NCBI RefSeq assembly: GCF_018977255.1 | Contig: NW_024704743.1 | Span: forward strand, 36,644,001 to 36,708,000 | Origin: Callorhinchus milii | Lineage: Eukaryota | Reading direction: 5' to 3' | Length of the DNA: 64,000 nt | Shown: one piece after another, positions 1 to 13,340 of the stretch | Position numbering within the stretch: the stretch's first letter is position 1 | Layout of the letters: each line of letters starts with the position of its first letter | Position numbers and translations under genes: made by a program | The notes under the pieces: generated by a model | What the model saw: only the letters and a program-made list of their open reading frames with translations | What the model was told of the DNA's origin: nothing | Databases searched by the model: none

Positions 1-1359
1 AGGAGTGAGTGACCTCCAAAGGTAGATTGTATCTAATGTCATTATCAGCATTGTTTTGATTTAAAGATGTGTCTTTATCTCATCCAATTTGCAAAAAAAA
101 ATCCTTCCATTTTGGTCCTCATTGGACAAGTAAAACCTAGAGCAATATGTCGAAACAATATTATATTAGGCCAGAAAGTGCCAACACTGAGACAGCACGG
201 ACTGAATAATCTTGCATATGTTCTGCCATCATGCTTTTAGATAGGCCGAGCTCCTCAACCTTGCTTCAGGTAGCATATAAATTTAAAAGGATATTTTCTT
301 TTTCTGTAACTTGGAGGGTGTATTTTAAACAGAAAGTTCTCCCCTGGGATCCGCTTTATATATAATCGGCTTCATTTATTTTAAAAATAACTAGAAAGAA
401 AATTTGACATTTCGATAAAATATTCCTTTTAGAATTTATTGTACATGTGAAAAAGTTTCATGCAGCATGACTACTTCTTGAATAAGCTTAGCCTGTTCTG
501 ATCTTAATGGTACTTAAGCAAATATTTTATAATCAGATTTGGTGGATATGCAAGAATAAATTAAAGATTTCATTAAAACCACTTCAATAGATGTGAATGG
601 TCTCCCTGTCTGTTTATGAAACTTCCAGTGATTCTGTTGATGTTTAATTAACTGTGAGCCAACTTAAAAAGACTGCAAGTTTCTACCCACATTTCATTTG
701 GGGTTGGCCTCCAATTGTTTGTAATTAAGATGCCAGATGTTCAGCACAGGCTGAAGGGGCTGAGACATTTTGTGTTAACAGAAAAGTCTTTGAGGTTTGA
801 AATATATTTTTAAAAAACAACTCGTTGACGTTCACGCTCCTTTTTAAAAAAACTCAATGGAAAATGTTCCTTCTGATTATGCTTTAGATGCACATAACTC
901 ATTAAGCGATTAAAAGGAGTTCTGCATACAAATGTACATAATAGTACAAGCTCTGGATCGATCTGTAAGCTGTTTGAAGTGCTGCCCATTTTTTTTCTGT
1001 TTCATTTTTTGGAAGCCTTTACTTTGAATATTACTTGTTTAAAGATTGTTTTAATTTGCTGTCAAGAGATTGCTATCTGGGAATTTTGGTGGAACCTCTT
1101 AAATAAAATATGGCACTTTTGAGTCATTCCTTGTGTTGGATGCAAAAATGGAATTGATTTATACAGAAGTAAATTCAAAAACCCTTTACCTTTTCCCTTT
1201 CAATTTTTTTTCTGGGAAATTTAGACCATCAATCAGACCATGCAAACTCTGTTCACACCATTGTACCTTATACTCCAGGTGGCCAACAGTTAAAGGTCCT
1301 ATCTCTCCCTTCACTCCTTGCTTAAGTCCCTTCATTCTGGTTTCCATCCTGTCACAGTA

Positions 1360-2572
1360 GTGACGGCCCTTGTCATAGTCACACTTAATATACTTTCATT
1401 CTGCGGCCAAAGATTCCTGTGTCTCCTGGTCCTCCTCAACCTCCCTCAACCTCCCTGTCTTTCACACTTTCACTCTAACCACCTTGATCACCCTTCAACT
1501 CTCATTCACCTCCATGGAGGTCTACTTTCCTACTTGACAGATCGCTTCTAGGTTATTACCTCCAAAGGCTTTGACTCCCACCCTCGCGTAATTACCTGCA
1601 GGTACCTCAGGGTTCTTATCCTAGGTCTCTGTCCTCGTCTCTCCTTTTCCTCATCTACACATTCCCCTTGGTGACACCATCCATAAACATTAGGCTACTT
1701 TTCCTGTGTTCAATGACACCCAAATTCATCTCTCCCCGATGGACAACATAAATGCTCGGATCGACTCTTTGCTCTCTTTCCTTTGTTGCATTCGGTCGGG
1801 CTTTTCCTTTTGTCCCTCCCCACCACCATGCTTCTTATCTTGGACATCAGCAAGTCCTGGACAATAGCCAACTTAATCCAGCTGAATGTTGGCAAGATAG
1901 AGGCCCTCTTGCTTGTCTCCCATCAGCGCCTCCTCACCTCAGCCGCTGACAGTATCACTATTCATGGTTCGCTCTACATCTCACCAAATCAATAGAGAAC
2001 CTTGGTGTCCTGTTCAATCCTCAACTATCCTTCAAACCCCACATTCATGCTGTGACCCGTTCCGCCTTTCCCCACCTCCTCAACATTGCCCACCACTGCC
2101 TCTCACAGTAGGCTGCTGAGACACTGATCAACGCTTTCATCACGCCTGGCTTGACTACATCAACTGCCGGCTTGCTGGACTTCCCAACTCTTCCCTCCAC
2201 AAGCTGCAGATTATTAAAAACTCTGCAGTTTATGTCCTCTCCCGAATCGATCGATCACCCCCATCCTTGTCCGGTTTCACTGGTTCCCCATCCCTCGAAG
2301 AATCGAGTGCAAAACAATTGTTCTCACCTTCAAAGCCATGCATGGTCTCGCTCCCCCTTACCTCTTCGATCTCCTAACCCCATATCAACCTGTGAGCTCG
2401 ACGGACACTGGCCTGCTCCAGGTCCCCCAGACTTACCGCTCCACTATTGGCGGTCTCCATCCCTCCTGAACTCAAATCTCAGCTCACGTCTCAAACCCCT
2501 GATTGTCCAGTGCCCTGGGATGTCTTTCCAACGTGAAGGCCACTATACAAGTATACTTTGTTGTTCTTGTTC
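1360..2572 (+). mobile_element. Old degenerate L2-like LINE, 3' part
   Basis: C-rich RT remnant (ANLIQLNVGKIEALL) ending in tail cagtgccctgggatgtctttccaacgtgaaggccactatacaagtatactttgttgtt, like copies at 11.9-13.3 kb and 47.4-48.6 kb. Confidence 0.8.
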
Positions 2573-3280
2573 TTTGGCTAAAACTGATAATTCAGTACCA
2601 ATTTTTGCCAGTTTTACGCATTCATCAAATTGAGAGAATCCAGCCCTGGATAATGGAACATTTTTTCATTCCAAGACACCCAGCATCAACCTCATATATT
2701 CTTAGGTCAAGTAAAGCATGGCAAGTGGCAAAGTTGACTCCTCTCTAATTACCCAGTATCATGGCTTACATCCAATCTCAAAAGAGGACCTTTCACTTAA
2801 ACAGCTTGACAGTTTTCATTTTCCCACATCGCATCTGAATGCAAAACAATTCATTTGGATTGTGGACATTTTTATTAAGCACGCTGAGATGTTGCCCATG
2901 TAAAGGGCGCTATATAAATCAAGGTGGTGGTTGTTGTTTTGACTTGCAATCCTAAGAACCTCCCAAATTTTTTGGGAGGAACCTTATCACCAAAAAGAGA
3001 GGGAAGGCTTTCAGTCTCTTCTGAGCTGGATTTAAATCCTGGTCTCAAAGAAGAGCAGACCATTTGCTAATCCATCTCACCATTCAGATCTACAACAATG
3101 TTCACACTGAAGTAAAGTTAAAACTGTTTTAATGAATAGGGGGAAACGTGAAAAAACATCAGTCATTCTATATTCATTAAAATGCATCCCTGATTCAGCC
3201 CCCGTATCCATTGGGAAATTCAGCCTGTTCCAAAAGTTCTTTAAGAATTTTAGAATCTAAGCATTTTCTACTTGAATGGA

Positions 3281-3640
3281 TGGGGCGGTCTTGATGGCTG
3301 ATTGGGTAAATCCACCGTTGAATGCTATAATGAGTAATGTGGAGTAGGAAAGTCCAAAGCTCAGTTGAGGTAGTTTAGGTATTGAATTTTGATCAGTGCC
3401 CCTGATCTTTGAAGGGTAAAATTCAGGCAAAATTTACACTCCTGACTCATCTTGGAAAGTGCCTGTATGTGTAAATGTCTGATGAAGATAGCATTGGGAC
3501 CTTGGCTGTAATTGTTCCCTCAGTTAGCTGAGTGCACTGACAGCTGAGCTATTTAGGCGCACTCATGAAAATGACCACTTGAACAAGGTATCCAAGGGAA
3601 GCATACCCCAGGGTAATCATATTCACCATTTTAAGAAAAG
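3281..3640 (+). mobile_element. Old SINE-like interspersed repeat, family not identified
   Basis: tRNA-like head (ggggcggtcttgatggctgattgggtaaa); body appears related to diverged pieces at ~6170-6480 (+), ~26500-26710 (-), ~39600-39690 (-), ~62160-62335 (+). Confidence 0.5.
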
Positions 3641-3835
3641 AGAAAAAACTAAGGCAGGGGAAGAAAACGATGCATTCCTCATCACAAACATCACTCAAAT
3701 AAAGTGTAACTTAAATTTCCTAAAAATGAAACAAGCAAATATAATTTAAAAATATGATGTTGGATTAATATTTCATAATATGTTGGCTTAAAATAGAGAA
3801 ATGTGACCTACTCTGCTTTACACTTTACACTGCAG

Positions 3836-3943
3836 GCTGCGACTGTGCTAACTGAGCTGATACGAGAGAACTTCAGGAACGCTAAACTAAAACAATGCCT
3901 GATGCCTGCACTGGGAGAACTCCTGTATCTCGTGGCCAGCCAG
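3836..3943 (+). CDS. ULK4: ULK4 internal coding exon (108 nt, phase 0-0)
   Basis: tgcag|GCT...CAG|gtagg; AATVLTELIRENFRNAKLKQCLMPALGELLYLVASQ matches recalled human ULK4 AIVLLTELIRENFRNSKLKQCLLPTLGELIYLVATQ. Confidence 0.96.
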
Positions 3944-4080
3944 GTAGGTGACACTGACTATAAATGAAAAGCTGTAATGGGTTGGAGTGGTACATGTAGA
4001 GCCTGATGACCACACTAATTGCAACTAGGCCCACTGTAGATTTGAAAACAGTACGGATATCTGGCCATTCAATGAAATAT

Positions 4081-4101
4081 ATCTTTCTCTCGATTTCTCT
4101 C

Positions 4102-4136
<35 letters not shown>
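4081..4136. repeat. (CT)n microsatellite
   Basis: ctctctctct run. Confidence 0.9.
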
Positions 4137-4138
<2 letters not shown>

Positions 4139-4371
4139 ACGTCTCCCCACTTCTCTTAACGCACAGTGCCATGCTCTCTGAGTTTTTTTTGCTGTCTGTC
4201 TCTTGCAGCCTCTCATTTTGACTCTGGGGAAATTTGTGGTATACGAAAATGCTAATTATTACCAGTGATAACTATTGCCAAGAATAGTTATCACAATTTT
4301 TGATCTTTGGTGTTTAATACTCTTTGCCTTTTGCTGAATAGTTTCGCCCCCTTGTGTATTTTTAATAACAA

Positions 4372-4795
4372 AATAATCCTTGTGTTTGATATGGCGCCTT
4401 TCATGTTGGAAGGATGTTTCAAAGCACTTCACAGGGTTCGCTATAAAATGCAGTGACTGCATTTCTGTAGGAATGTGGCAGCCAGCTTGCGCACAGCATT
4501 ATCCCACATCCCACAAAAGTGAATGACCAATTTTATTTGGTGTGTTGTTGGTCAGAACACTGGAAGAAATTCCGTTCTCTTTTTCAATAGTGCCATGGGA
4601 TCTTTAACGTCCACCTGAACAGGCAGACGTTTGACTTCTATTCTGAAGGATTGGCACCTCCAACAATGTAGGCTTCACCCAGAACCGTATTGGAGTATCA
4701 GCATAGACTGTGAGTTCAAAGTCCCAACTTGGGGCTTGAACCCACAACCTCTGACTCAGAGATGAGAGTGCTACCAAATGAGCCTCACTGACACC
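4372..4795 (-). mobile_element. Old tRNA-derived DeuSINE-type (SacSINE1-like) SINE
   Basis: Reverse strand: head ggtgtcagtgaggctcatttggtagcactctcatctctgagtcagaggttgtgggttcaagcc, ctgttcaggtggacgttaaagatcccatggcactatt, gctgtgcgcaagctggctgcc, L2-type tail. Confidence 0.75.
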
Positions 4796-5044
4796 GTTTT
4801 TTCTTGGATCAGTGCCATCTTACTTTTAAACAAGGTGATTAAATTAGTGTTAAATCCTACTAGAATGTCTTTCAATTTATATATATATAAGTTTCATGCA
4901 GTCTGACCTCATTGTGGTATGCTTTATTTTACTGTGGGTTTGGACATGAAGCTGTTCGAGTCTGACTCAGTTGGTAACACTCTTGTCTCTGAGTCAAAAG
5001 GTTGTGGGTTCAACCTCAGCTTTCTCTAGATCAAACAAAAACCT

Positions 5045-5385
5045 ATATGGATAAGGTGGGTCCTATCCGAACAAGCGGTGGGAAGCTTGGCAGATAGCAC
5101 TCTGATTATTAAGTTATACAGTTTTAGCTGGTTAAACTCCAGCAATTTTCCAAAACGCACTCTGGGGTCCCCAAGCCTTGGCTCGCCATCCTGAGCCTAA
5201 TGCTTTCTGGAATAGTTAAGCAGAATGTCTCCCTCTAGGGAGAGGATGTGCATTTAATTCCAGACTCAGGAAAATTTCGACCCTGTAGGTGGCATGCTAT
5301 TGTGGAACTTCCTTCTGTTTTGGACATTCTTAAGCAAAGTGGTGGTTTTTCGCATGTGTCAAACATCCAGCTATCCCCCAAAAAT
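5045..5385 (+). mobile_element. 3'-region fragment of the unclassified LINE (see 13455-15045)
   Basis: acaagcggtgggaagcttgg...ttttagctggttaaactccagca...tctggggtccccaagcc...gtgtcaaacatccagct shared with ~10 copies. Confidence 0.7.
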
Positions 5386-6562
5386 ATGTTATTAGCGATC
5401 TGTTCTCATCTGCCACATCCTGTTGTTATGCCACATCATGTACAAAACGAAAGGAAGCCCAGCAGCATTGCCATCAGCTACAGGACACCATCCTGAAGGC
5501 AGGGACTTGTTTCCTTCGATCTCTGTTTTCAGCTGATGACCAGAGTGACTATGATAGGATATGTTTAAGATATTAAGGTTGAAAATCCACAGAAGACTTG
5601 TTTTGGAAATAATAATTGCCGCTCTATGTAATAGTTGCATTGCAGGAACCTTCAGAAATAAGAGTGGACAGTCAGTCCATCAAACCTATTCTTTTGTTTA
5701 TGAATTTAAGCTGGGATTTCCTCTTTTTAATTCTATTTCCCCATCTTCTTTATAATACCTATCTCCTTAACACTCTTTCTTTCCAAATACTCGTCCATCT
5801 CCCTCTTAAACACCTCAATTAATCTTGTAACATGGTAACTTGTGACAACTTAGTGTGATCATATTTCCCTAGAGTATTCCAATTTACTGGATTAATTTCC
5901 AATGCAAACTTTTTCATTACTATTCAACTCTTTATTTAGGATTATATGTGCATTAAAACACCCTACAATTCAATGTCTTGTGCCATTGTAATACCAATCA
6001 AAATACGTTTAACGGTTTAGTATTCACTAACGTTCCTATGACCTTAATCTATTTTACCTGATAATGTAATTTAGCATTCACTGACCTAGATTTAGTGCTT
6101 ACACTCAATGTAGACCAGAACTTAATTATTCTGAAATTTAGGAATCAATAATATTCAGGAGATCAAAGAGAGAGTTATTAGTAAATCCACTGTCTAACAT
6201 AGTATCACACTGATCCATACAAACGAGTAAAGTCTTAGATTCTATCTTCAGGCTGTCCTGGGTTAGCTGATCTGAGCTGAGTACCAGTGGGATGCTATCA
6301 TTGAACTATGGGGCCTTGAGATAGGGTAGGGAGAAATTCTGCCAGCGTTCTTACACCTTATAACTGTCATATGACTTTTAATGAAAAGTACAGTTGTGTT
6401 TTCATTTCAATTAATGACCGGTTCAGGCAAACTATGATTGATGTTGTCCATGATCACAAAGCTCACTGCCATTGGAAGCATTTAACTCATTACCTCAAAA
6501 GATTGGAGATGCCAGAACAATTAAAATATTTCAGAGGGAGGATTGTAAATGCCGGAACAATT

Positions 6563-6990
6563 GAACAACAACAACTTGCATTTACATAGCGCTCCTGACA
6601 CAGGGCAGCATCCCAGAATGCTTAACAGTGGTGGAGTACGACGCCAAGCCGATGGGAGGGGGAGGTAACTGTAGGCCCAGTCAAAGAAGAAGGTCTTCAG
6701 GCGCGATCTGAAGATGGGGAAGGAAGGGGCAAGGTGGAGGGATAGGGCAAGAGTGTTCCGGGCAGCCAACGATGGTGGAATGGAGGGCATGAAGGGAATG
6801 CAGAAGGCCGGAGCCATTCGACTGAAGCCAGTTGACTGGAGGCAGCGGTTAGTGGGTTGAGGAGTAAGCAAGTCAGAGAGGTAAGTGCCAGGGCATGAAG
6901 GGATTTGAAAAGGATCTTGAAATCAATCCGTTCGGCAATGGGGAGACAGTGGAGCCAGGTTAGAACTGGTGTGATGGGAGTACGGAAGAG
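6563..6990 (-). mobile_element. L2-like LINE 3' fragment
   Basis: Reverse strand RTPITPVLTWLHCLPIAERIDFKIL and (ttg)n tail at 6565-6575. Confidence 0.85.
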
Positions 6991-7289
6991 GTAAATTGAA
7001 ATATTTAAGAGGATGGATTGTTGAATATTTGGCAGGCAGAGATGCAAAATAATCAAAGGATATGGTGAAAAAGACTGGGAGCGAAGGAAGGAAATTGGAG
7101 GAAAATCGCCTTTCAGATTTAGCTTTGATAGCAAAAATGTACAAAACGTTTGCGATTTTCAAACCTCCAGACTAAGTAATTTTTCTTGCGATTTCCTTCC
7201 TTCCCCTCTAGTTCTCTCTCCCCTCTTTTTTTACTCACAAACTCTCACTAAATTATTTATTAGGTTGGGCTCCTGCCTAACTTATTAAT

Positions 7290-7842
7290 AAAACTATGAG
7301 TGTCACCCCCAACACATTCTTCCCCTCTTCACTGTCTCCTCTAGGCCCCTTTATGCCTGCTGGCTGACCATGCCCCACTGATCCCTTTGCTTCTAGTCTC
7401 TGCCTATGCGATTTTGCTGCTGCCCCTTGCCCGAGCTGGTCTTTCTCAAAATGCCCCACTTCCTCCTCTTCCTCAAAACATTTATATAGCATCCCTCAAT
7501 CGGGATGGCGCCCCAGAGCGCTTTAGCACAGGTGAGACTGCCCCTGTGTTTTGCAGCACCCTCGAATGCCTTCTGCATTTGCCAACTCTTTCACTGCCCC
7601 ATTTCTCCTTCCTCTCAACCATCACCCATATGAAGCCCACCCCTCCCTTCCCAGCTGCTGGTCACCAAACCAACCCTCTTCTGTCCAGCATCTGCAGTAT
7701 TTTGTGTTTTGTGCAACCCTCTTCTGTCCCCAGTTGGTAGACACAGTTAACTTGTCCTCTTCAGACTCCATCCTGCACCCTCTCAAAACTGCTGTCATTA
7801 CTCCCTTCCTCAAAAAGCTCACCCTTGATTCTTCTAACTTTG
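7290..7842 (+). mobile_element. Degenerate L2-like LINE internal fragment
   Basis: VNLSSSDSILHPLKTAVITPFLKKLTLDSS resembles RT N-terminus of copy at 47.7 kb. Confidence 0.6.
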
Positions 7843-7982
7843 CAACAACAACAACAACTTCCATTTAGATTGTGCCCTTCACACGGAGTAGTAAATGAAG
7901 ACTAAGAATTGTTAGAAAAAAATTGTACATTTAAATTTTTGCTTTTCCTTTTTAATGGGGCGGGGAGATACAGTCTTTTATG

Positions 7983-8180
7983 ACAACAACAACAACAAAA
8001 TTACATTTGTATTGCACTTTTCACGTCGGGAGAACATCCCAAGGCGCTGGACAGACGGTGTTTCGGACCCGAGCTGGGGTTTGGGATTGGGGAGGGCAGG
8101 AGGAGAAGCAGGGTGATCGAAGGCACGGTCGAAGAGGAGGGTCTTGAGATGGGTCTTGAAGGAGGCAAGAGAGCAGGCAA
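7983..8180 (-). mobile_element. L2-like LINE 3' end
   Basis: (aac)n tail, ttcacgtcgggagaacatcccaaggcgctg, ggcacggtcgaagaggagggtcttgagatggg matches 11940-12110. Confidence 0.8.
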
Positions 8181-8469
8181 TTTTGATGATGCCATTTACA
8201 TCAAAATTGGCTTTGCATTTTGAAAATAGCCAAGTAATATTTGTGTGTGACTTCGATGTGGTAAGACTAGGCCACAGACCTTCAGCTGTTCTTCCTCAGG
8301 CAACAAGTTAATACTTTTATAATGAAATCCTGAAAAACGTATTTTGGACTCTCAATCACATTGATGGGTTTCCTTCACCTGCATTGTTGGGCCTTGTTCT
8401 GTCTCCCTAAAACTGAGTACAGTAATTATAATTGTCCTGGCACTGACTAGTTGAGCCAAATGGCCTATT

Positions 8470-8846
8470 TGTAGCTCAGTGGTTAGAGCACTCAACTCAT
8501 AAGCAAGAGACTTGGGTTCGATTCCCAGCAGGGCAAAATGTTGGGCAAGTTTCCTTACTTGTGTTACATGCCTCTATTTACCTAGCAGTAAGTAGGAACT
8601 TGGTTGTTAGTTGATTGCCGTATCACTTTGCCCAGGGATAATAATTCCTTTCTAAAAAAAATTGGTCACTTGAATTCATGACTCTTTGTGGGACACTGCT
8701 GTGCGCAATTGGCTCACGCGTTTCGCCCACAAAATATACAGTCAATTCACTTTACAGTATATTCTGTGAAGCGCTTTGAGACGTCTCGAATGCATGATAA
8801 GGTGCTATATCAAATGCAGGGATTATTATTATTTATTATTATTATT
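8470..8846 (+). mobile_element. tRNA-derived SINE, long subfamily
   Basis: A box tagctcagtgg, B box ggttcgattcc, tttacctagcagtaagtaggaac block, gctgtgcgcaattggct, (att)n tail. Confidence 0.9.
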
Positions 8847-9178
8847 TCGGTGCCATATCATTCAATGTCTTGGTCTTCATGCCAGTTTACCTGCCCCAAC
8901 CTTGCAACCACATTTTAGCCATGCATACCCAATCGTATTTTGTGAACGTATTCTCTGCCAGTTTGAGCTGAAGTTCTACATGGTTGCCCCATATCAGGTT
9001 TCCTGTTCTTGCATGTTAAGCAATATTAATACAGTAGGAAAAATGAAAACTGTGTGTTATATTTGTGCTTGAGAAAAATCAATAAAATTGCTTTTTTTAA
9101 GAAAATGCTGCTATAATCGTCTGCGCCAATTTCATTTACACAGCTATCTCTATAGATGCTTTATTCACTTCATTACAG

Positions 9179-9262
9179 GAGGAGAAAAGACAGCACCCAA
9201 GAGACCACTGGGTCATTCCTTCCACTGCCTACATTGTGCTAATGAGATGCCTTCGGGAAGGG
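9179..9262 (+). CDS. ULK4: ULK4 internal coding exon (84 nt, phase 0-0)
   Basis: tacag|GAG...GGG|gtaag; EEKRQHPRDHWVIPSTAYIVLMRCLREG vs human EEKKKNPRECWAVPLAAYTVLMRCLREG. Confidence 0.95.
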
Positions 9263-11118
9263 GTAAGGATGTTTGTTGCCTTCATAGAAATGAGTAGCTA
9301 TAACAGTGTCTCTCCGCATGCTTAAGCACTGTATATGTACTGTAGTTTGTTACATTAGGCATGTGTAGTTTGTAAATAATTTTCCTAAATTAAAATCACC
9401 CAAAGATGCAACTCTTAAGTCAGTTTTGCCCAATCATTGTTTCCCATTTATTTTCAAAATTCACAAAGAATTATGTCTGGAAACCTGAAGCCTTGACAAA
9501 ATAAATGCACAGATGTTGATTTGAAATGCCTCATTATGCGAACAGTGATTCCCAGTGGAGCTGTCAATTTACTCAAATAACAGAAAGTCATTCTGAAGGC
9601 CTATATACTTATCTTAGATGCACCAGAACAAAATGACTAGTAATATCTAGCTACTTACAACTATTTTGCTGTAAGTTTTGAAAGGGAGTTTACCAAGTCC
9701 ATGCTTGATTATTCACGTCTCTTTAATAGTATTTTGCAGTGAAATTATTGTCTCTTACTTAATGGAAAAATGTTGCCTTATTTTCTGTCAATCACCCATA
9801 GCTTTAAGCGGTTTTGTTTCTCACTGATTCAGTGCTGGAAATTCTAAATTTAGTATTCCACCTATTAGTGGTTTGCTGGATAACTTTTTGCCAGCTTGTT
9901 CTTATTCAGTGACATTCTTTCATTTAATTAGTCTAACTTGATTTATATGTAACTCTTTGGGTATTGACTTTCGGGCAGGTTTTATTTTTTTTGAAAAGGA
10001 AGAATTGTTCTCAGTCAGTTGTATTGAAGCTTCTTTCTCACAGTTAATGAAGCAGAAAATGGTACAAGTCCTGGTGCTTCTACGGGTTAAGGGAACATTG
10101 ATCCCAAAGGGACAGTGATAAAAAGTCTCAGGTGACAATAAATTGAATAAGTGTGACAGTCTTATTGAGTTTATAGAGTGTTGGAGCAAACCATGACCTT
10201 TTTCTCCAATGGCAATAATTAGCTGTGCTTATCAGGCATTCAGAATCTTTGTCTCTCGGTTTGCTGGTGAAAATCATGAGGTACTACACACACCGTAGGT
10301 AGAAGAATTACAATGTGCAGGCGAATTGTAATTGTGGCCACATATCATATAAGATGCTGGAATATTAATGACTGCTGTCCCCAAAGTATTTTAATTTATT
10401 TATGAGATTATGGTGTATTTAATCAGTGACACTGAATGTTTTTCACATGCATTGTGGTAGCCAATTTCTGTAGGGTTTTTAAATATGTAGTTTTGCTAAC
10501 AATAATAGAAAATGATTTCCACTCACCGGTTATAGGTTCTCCGCAGGGTTTAGTTTTATTTTAGTTTAGTTTAATGATGCCCGAACCATCCTTTAAGCTA
10601 TAACCTGTGCTCCATTGTTTATTTAATACTGATACAACATGCTTGTAAAACTAGGGCATTTTATGGAGTGTTGGTCAGTTTGAATAGAATTCAGCAGAGG
10701 AATAACTGGAGATACAAGAGCATTGGGATACTAAACTAGAAGATTGCAATTTGAATTAATTTTCCACTGCAATTGAGCTTTTCTAGACAAAATGGGAGAA
10801 AGTTGATATGAGCATAGCAATTTGACTGAGGAGTAATACTGTATTTTCTATGTTGCTTGAGGTATTACAGAGTGGTTTGAAGCATCCTTGCTTTGAAGTA
10901 TGGCTGTGTGGTAAATTTATTGTAGGAGAGAGTGCATGTTGACAGCCTTTCCTACCATTATTGACAAATGGAAAGAGCTGCTAGCTACTCCAAATGGTTG
11001 TATGACTGGATTGAAAATGGTAAATAAAATGAGATTTGTGTGTAAATTACATTTGTACAGCGCCTTTCACATCAGGAGGACATCCCAAGGCGCTGAAATT
11101 TACCAGATTATATGGGAT

Positions 11119-11441
11119 TACTGTGGGGTCCCTAAAGATTGGCTCTTGCCAAACTGTACCTATTACTTTCCGGAATTAGGTAAATTGGATCTGTCCCTCC
11201 AGGGAGAGTGCGCATTCCACTCCAACAATCTATCTCTGGAATTTCCATGTGTAGGTAGGATGATGGAAATCTCAGTTTGGTTTGGATACTCTTCAGCATG
11301 GTGATGGGTTTCTGCAGGGAAAAAGAATCGCTGCTCCACCGGGCGCAGGGATTCTTCTCACTTAGCTCCTCTCAACCCTGCAAGCCAAAGCCTGAATGGG
11401 TAGGATGATCCCAGTTGGACAAGCAGCAGGAAGCTTGTCAG
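11119..11441 (+). mobile_element. 3'-region fragment of the unclassified LINE, halves in permuted order
   Basis: ggggtccc...gggtttctgca (11119-11317) precedes cagggattcttctcac...gaagcttgtcaga (11318-11441), opposite to the order at 31143-31540. Confidence 0.75.
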
Positions 11442-11915
11442 AGAGAGGATATCTCAAAGTGCTTCACAGAATGTGAATAGATTAGAAGACATAAATATAA
11501 AATTAAACTATTCATGGGGCTTGATGAGTGATTTATTATCTCACATTCTTGATGTTCCTTATTTTTACATTTGGGTGTGGGGAAATGGTGTCTTAGCATG
11601 TACTTCTTACTGGTGAAAGACAAGACTGCCAACCAAGATGAGAGGCTGATGGAAGAGATTCATTTAAACAACTCCACTTAAATATCAGCTGATCTTTTCC
11701 TGTTGGAGGATCAATAGAAAATGAGCTGAAATACAAGTTTTATTATAATATCATTGAGTGTCCATTTACCATAATATTTACCACAAAATGTTTGCCTACA
11801 AATGCTCAGTCACTACACTTTACAATAAATCTCATGATGTTCTGTGAGATGTTTTGATAATGTAATAAGATGCTATATCACATGCAAGGATTCTTATCAT
11901 ATTAATTTTATTTCT

Positions 11916-13340
11916 AGACAACAACAACAACAAAATGACATTTATAGAGCGCCGTTCACGTCGGGAGGACATCCCAAAGTGCTGAGCAGTCAGGTGTCGG
12001 GGCCCGAGCATGGGGGAGGGGTGGAGTAGGGGGGAGGGAAACAGAGAGGTGGGAGGGAGACCAAAGGCACGGTCGAAGAGAATAGTCTTGAGACCAGCCT
12101 TGAAGGATGCAAGGGAGGAAGCGAAGGGAAGGGACCGTGGGATGGAGTTCCAGAGTGTGGGGGCAGAGAGGCTGAAAGCCCGGCCATCGATGGTAGGACA
12201 GGTTGGACAGCAGACATGGAGCAAACCGGAGCCCGATGAACGGAGGGAGGGGGCAGAGAGGTAGGAGGGGGCAAGGCCATGGATGGCCTTAAAGGTGAGG
12301 ACGAGGATCTTGAATTCAATCATCTGTGGAATGGGGAGCCAGTGGAGTCGGGCGAGGGTGGGAGTGATGGGGTCACGGAGCCTGGTGCGAGAGAGTACAC
12401 GAGCTGCAGAGTTTGGGATGATCTGCAGCTTGTGAAGGGAAGACTTGGGAAGGCCAATGAGGAGGAAGTTCCCGTAATTGAGCCTTGATGTGACAAATGC
12501 GTGGGTGAGGGTTTCGGCAGCCTGAGGGGTGAGGCAGTGGTGGAGTCTGGCAATATTGCGGAGGTGGTGGTAGGCAGTGCCGCTCATGGCGCGGATGTGG
12601 GGGATAAAGGACAGTTCAGGGTCAAACAAGACACCCAGGTTCCTGACTGGCTTAGTGAAGTTGAATGTGCAGCCATGGAGGCTGATGCTGCCAGCGCCTG
12701 AGGTGCGGAGGCGCTGGCGCGAGCCAATCAGGAGGGCCTCGGTCTTGCTGACATTGAGTTGGAGAAAGTTGGCCCTCGTTCAGGACTTGATGTCGGACAG
12801 GCAGTCGGTCAGGACGCCAGTAGTCCTGAAGTTCAGGGTGGAGGCAGAGAGATAGAGTTGGGTGCCATCCGCATACATGTGGAAATTTACTCCATATCTG
12901 CAGATGATATCACCCATGTAGAGGGTGAAGAGAAGGGGACTGAGGACAGAGCCCTGAGGAACAACGCATAAGACGGTGCGGGGGCTGGAGGAGAAGTCGT
13001 TTGCCGCGACGAAGTGGAGGCGGTGTGAGAGGTAGGATCTGAACCAGTCAAGGACAGAACCTTGAAAGTTGAGGTGGAAGGAGAGACTGTGGAGGAGGAT
13101 TGAGTTGTCCACGGTGTCAAAGGTGGTGGAGAGGACGAGGAGGTAGAGGGCGCCCTGGTCACACATGGTCAGGATGTGGTTTGTGACCTTGACCAGAGCA
13201 GTTTCCGTGCTGTGGGCAGCACGGAAGCCCGATTGGAGGGGTTCATGGAAGGAGTGAGAGGAGAGGAAAGAGTGAAGCTGGGAGGCAATGGCTCTCTCAA
13301 GGACCTTGGATGGGAAGGGGAGATTTGAGATGGGCCGACA
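11916..13340 (-). mobile_element. L2-like LINE, 5'-truncated, RT domain to 3' tail, frameshifted
   Basis: FDTVDNSILL, VPQGSVLSPLLFTLYM, HMYADGTQLYLS, AFVTSRLNYGN, ITPTLARLHWLPI, GRAFSLSAPTLWNS; (ttg)n tail at 11918-11932. Confidence 0.93.

Noticed and set aside
1..275. Donor/acceptor-like motifs near the window start as an upstream ULK4 exon
   Set aside because: Translations do not resemble the expected preceding ULK4 segment (RAKVAHVIGLLASH...).
630..930. TAAT/ATTA-rich unique stretch as a conserved enhancer
   Set aside because: Such motifs are expected in AT-rich DNA; conservation cannot be judged without alignments.
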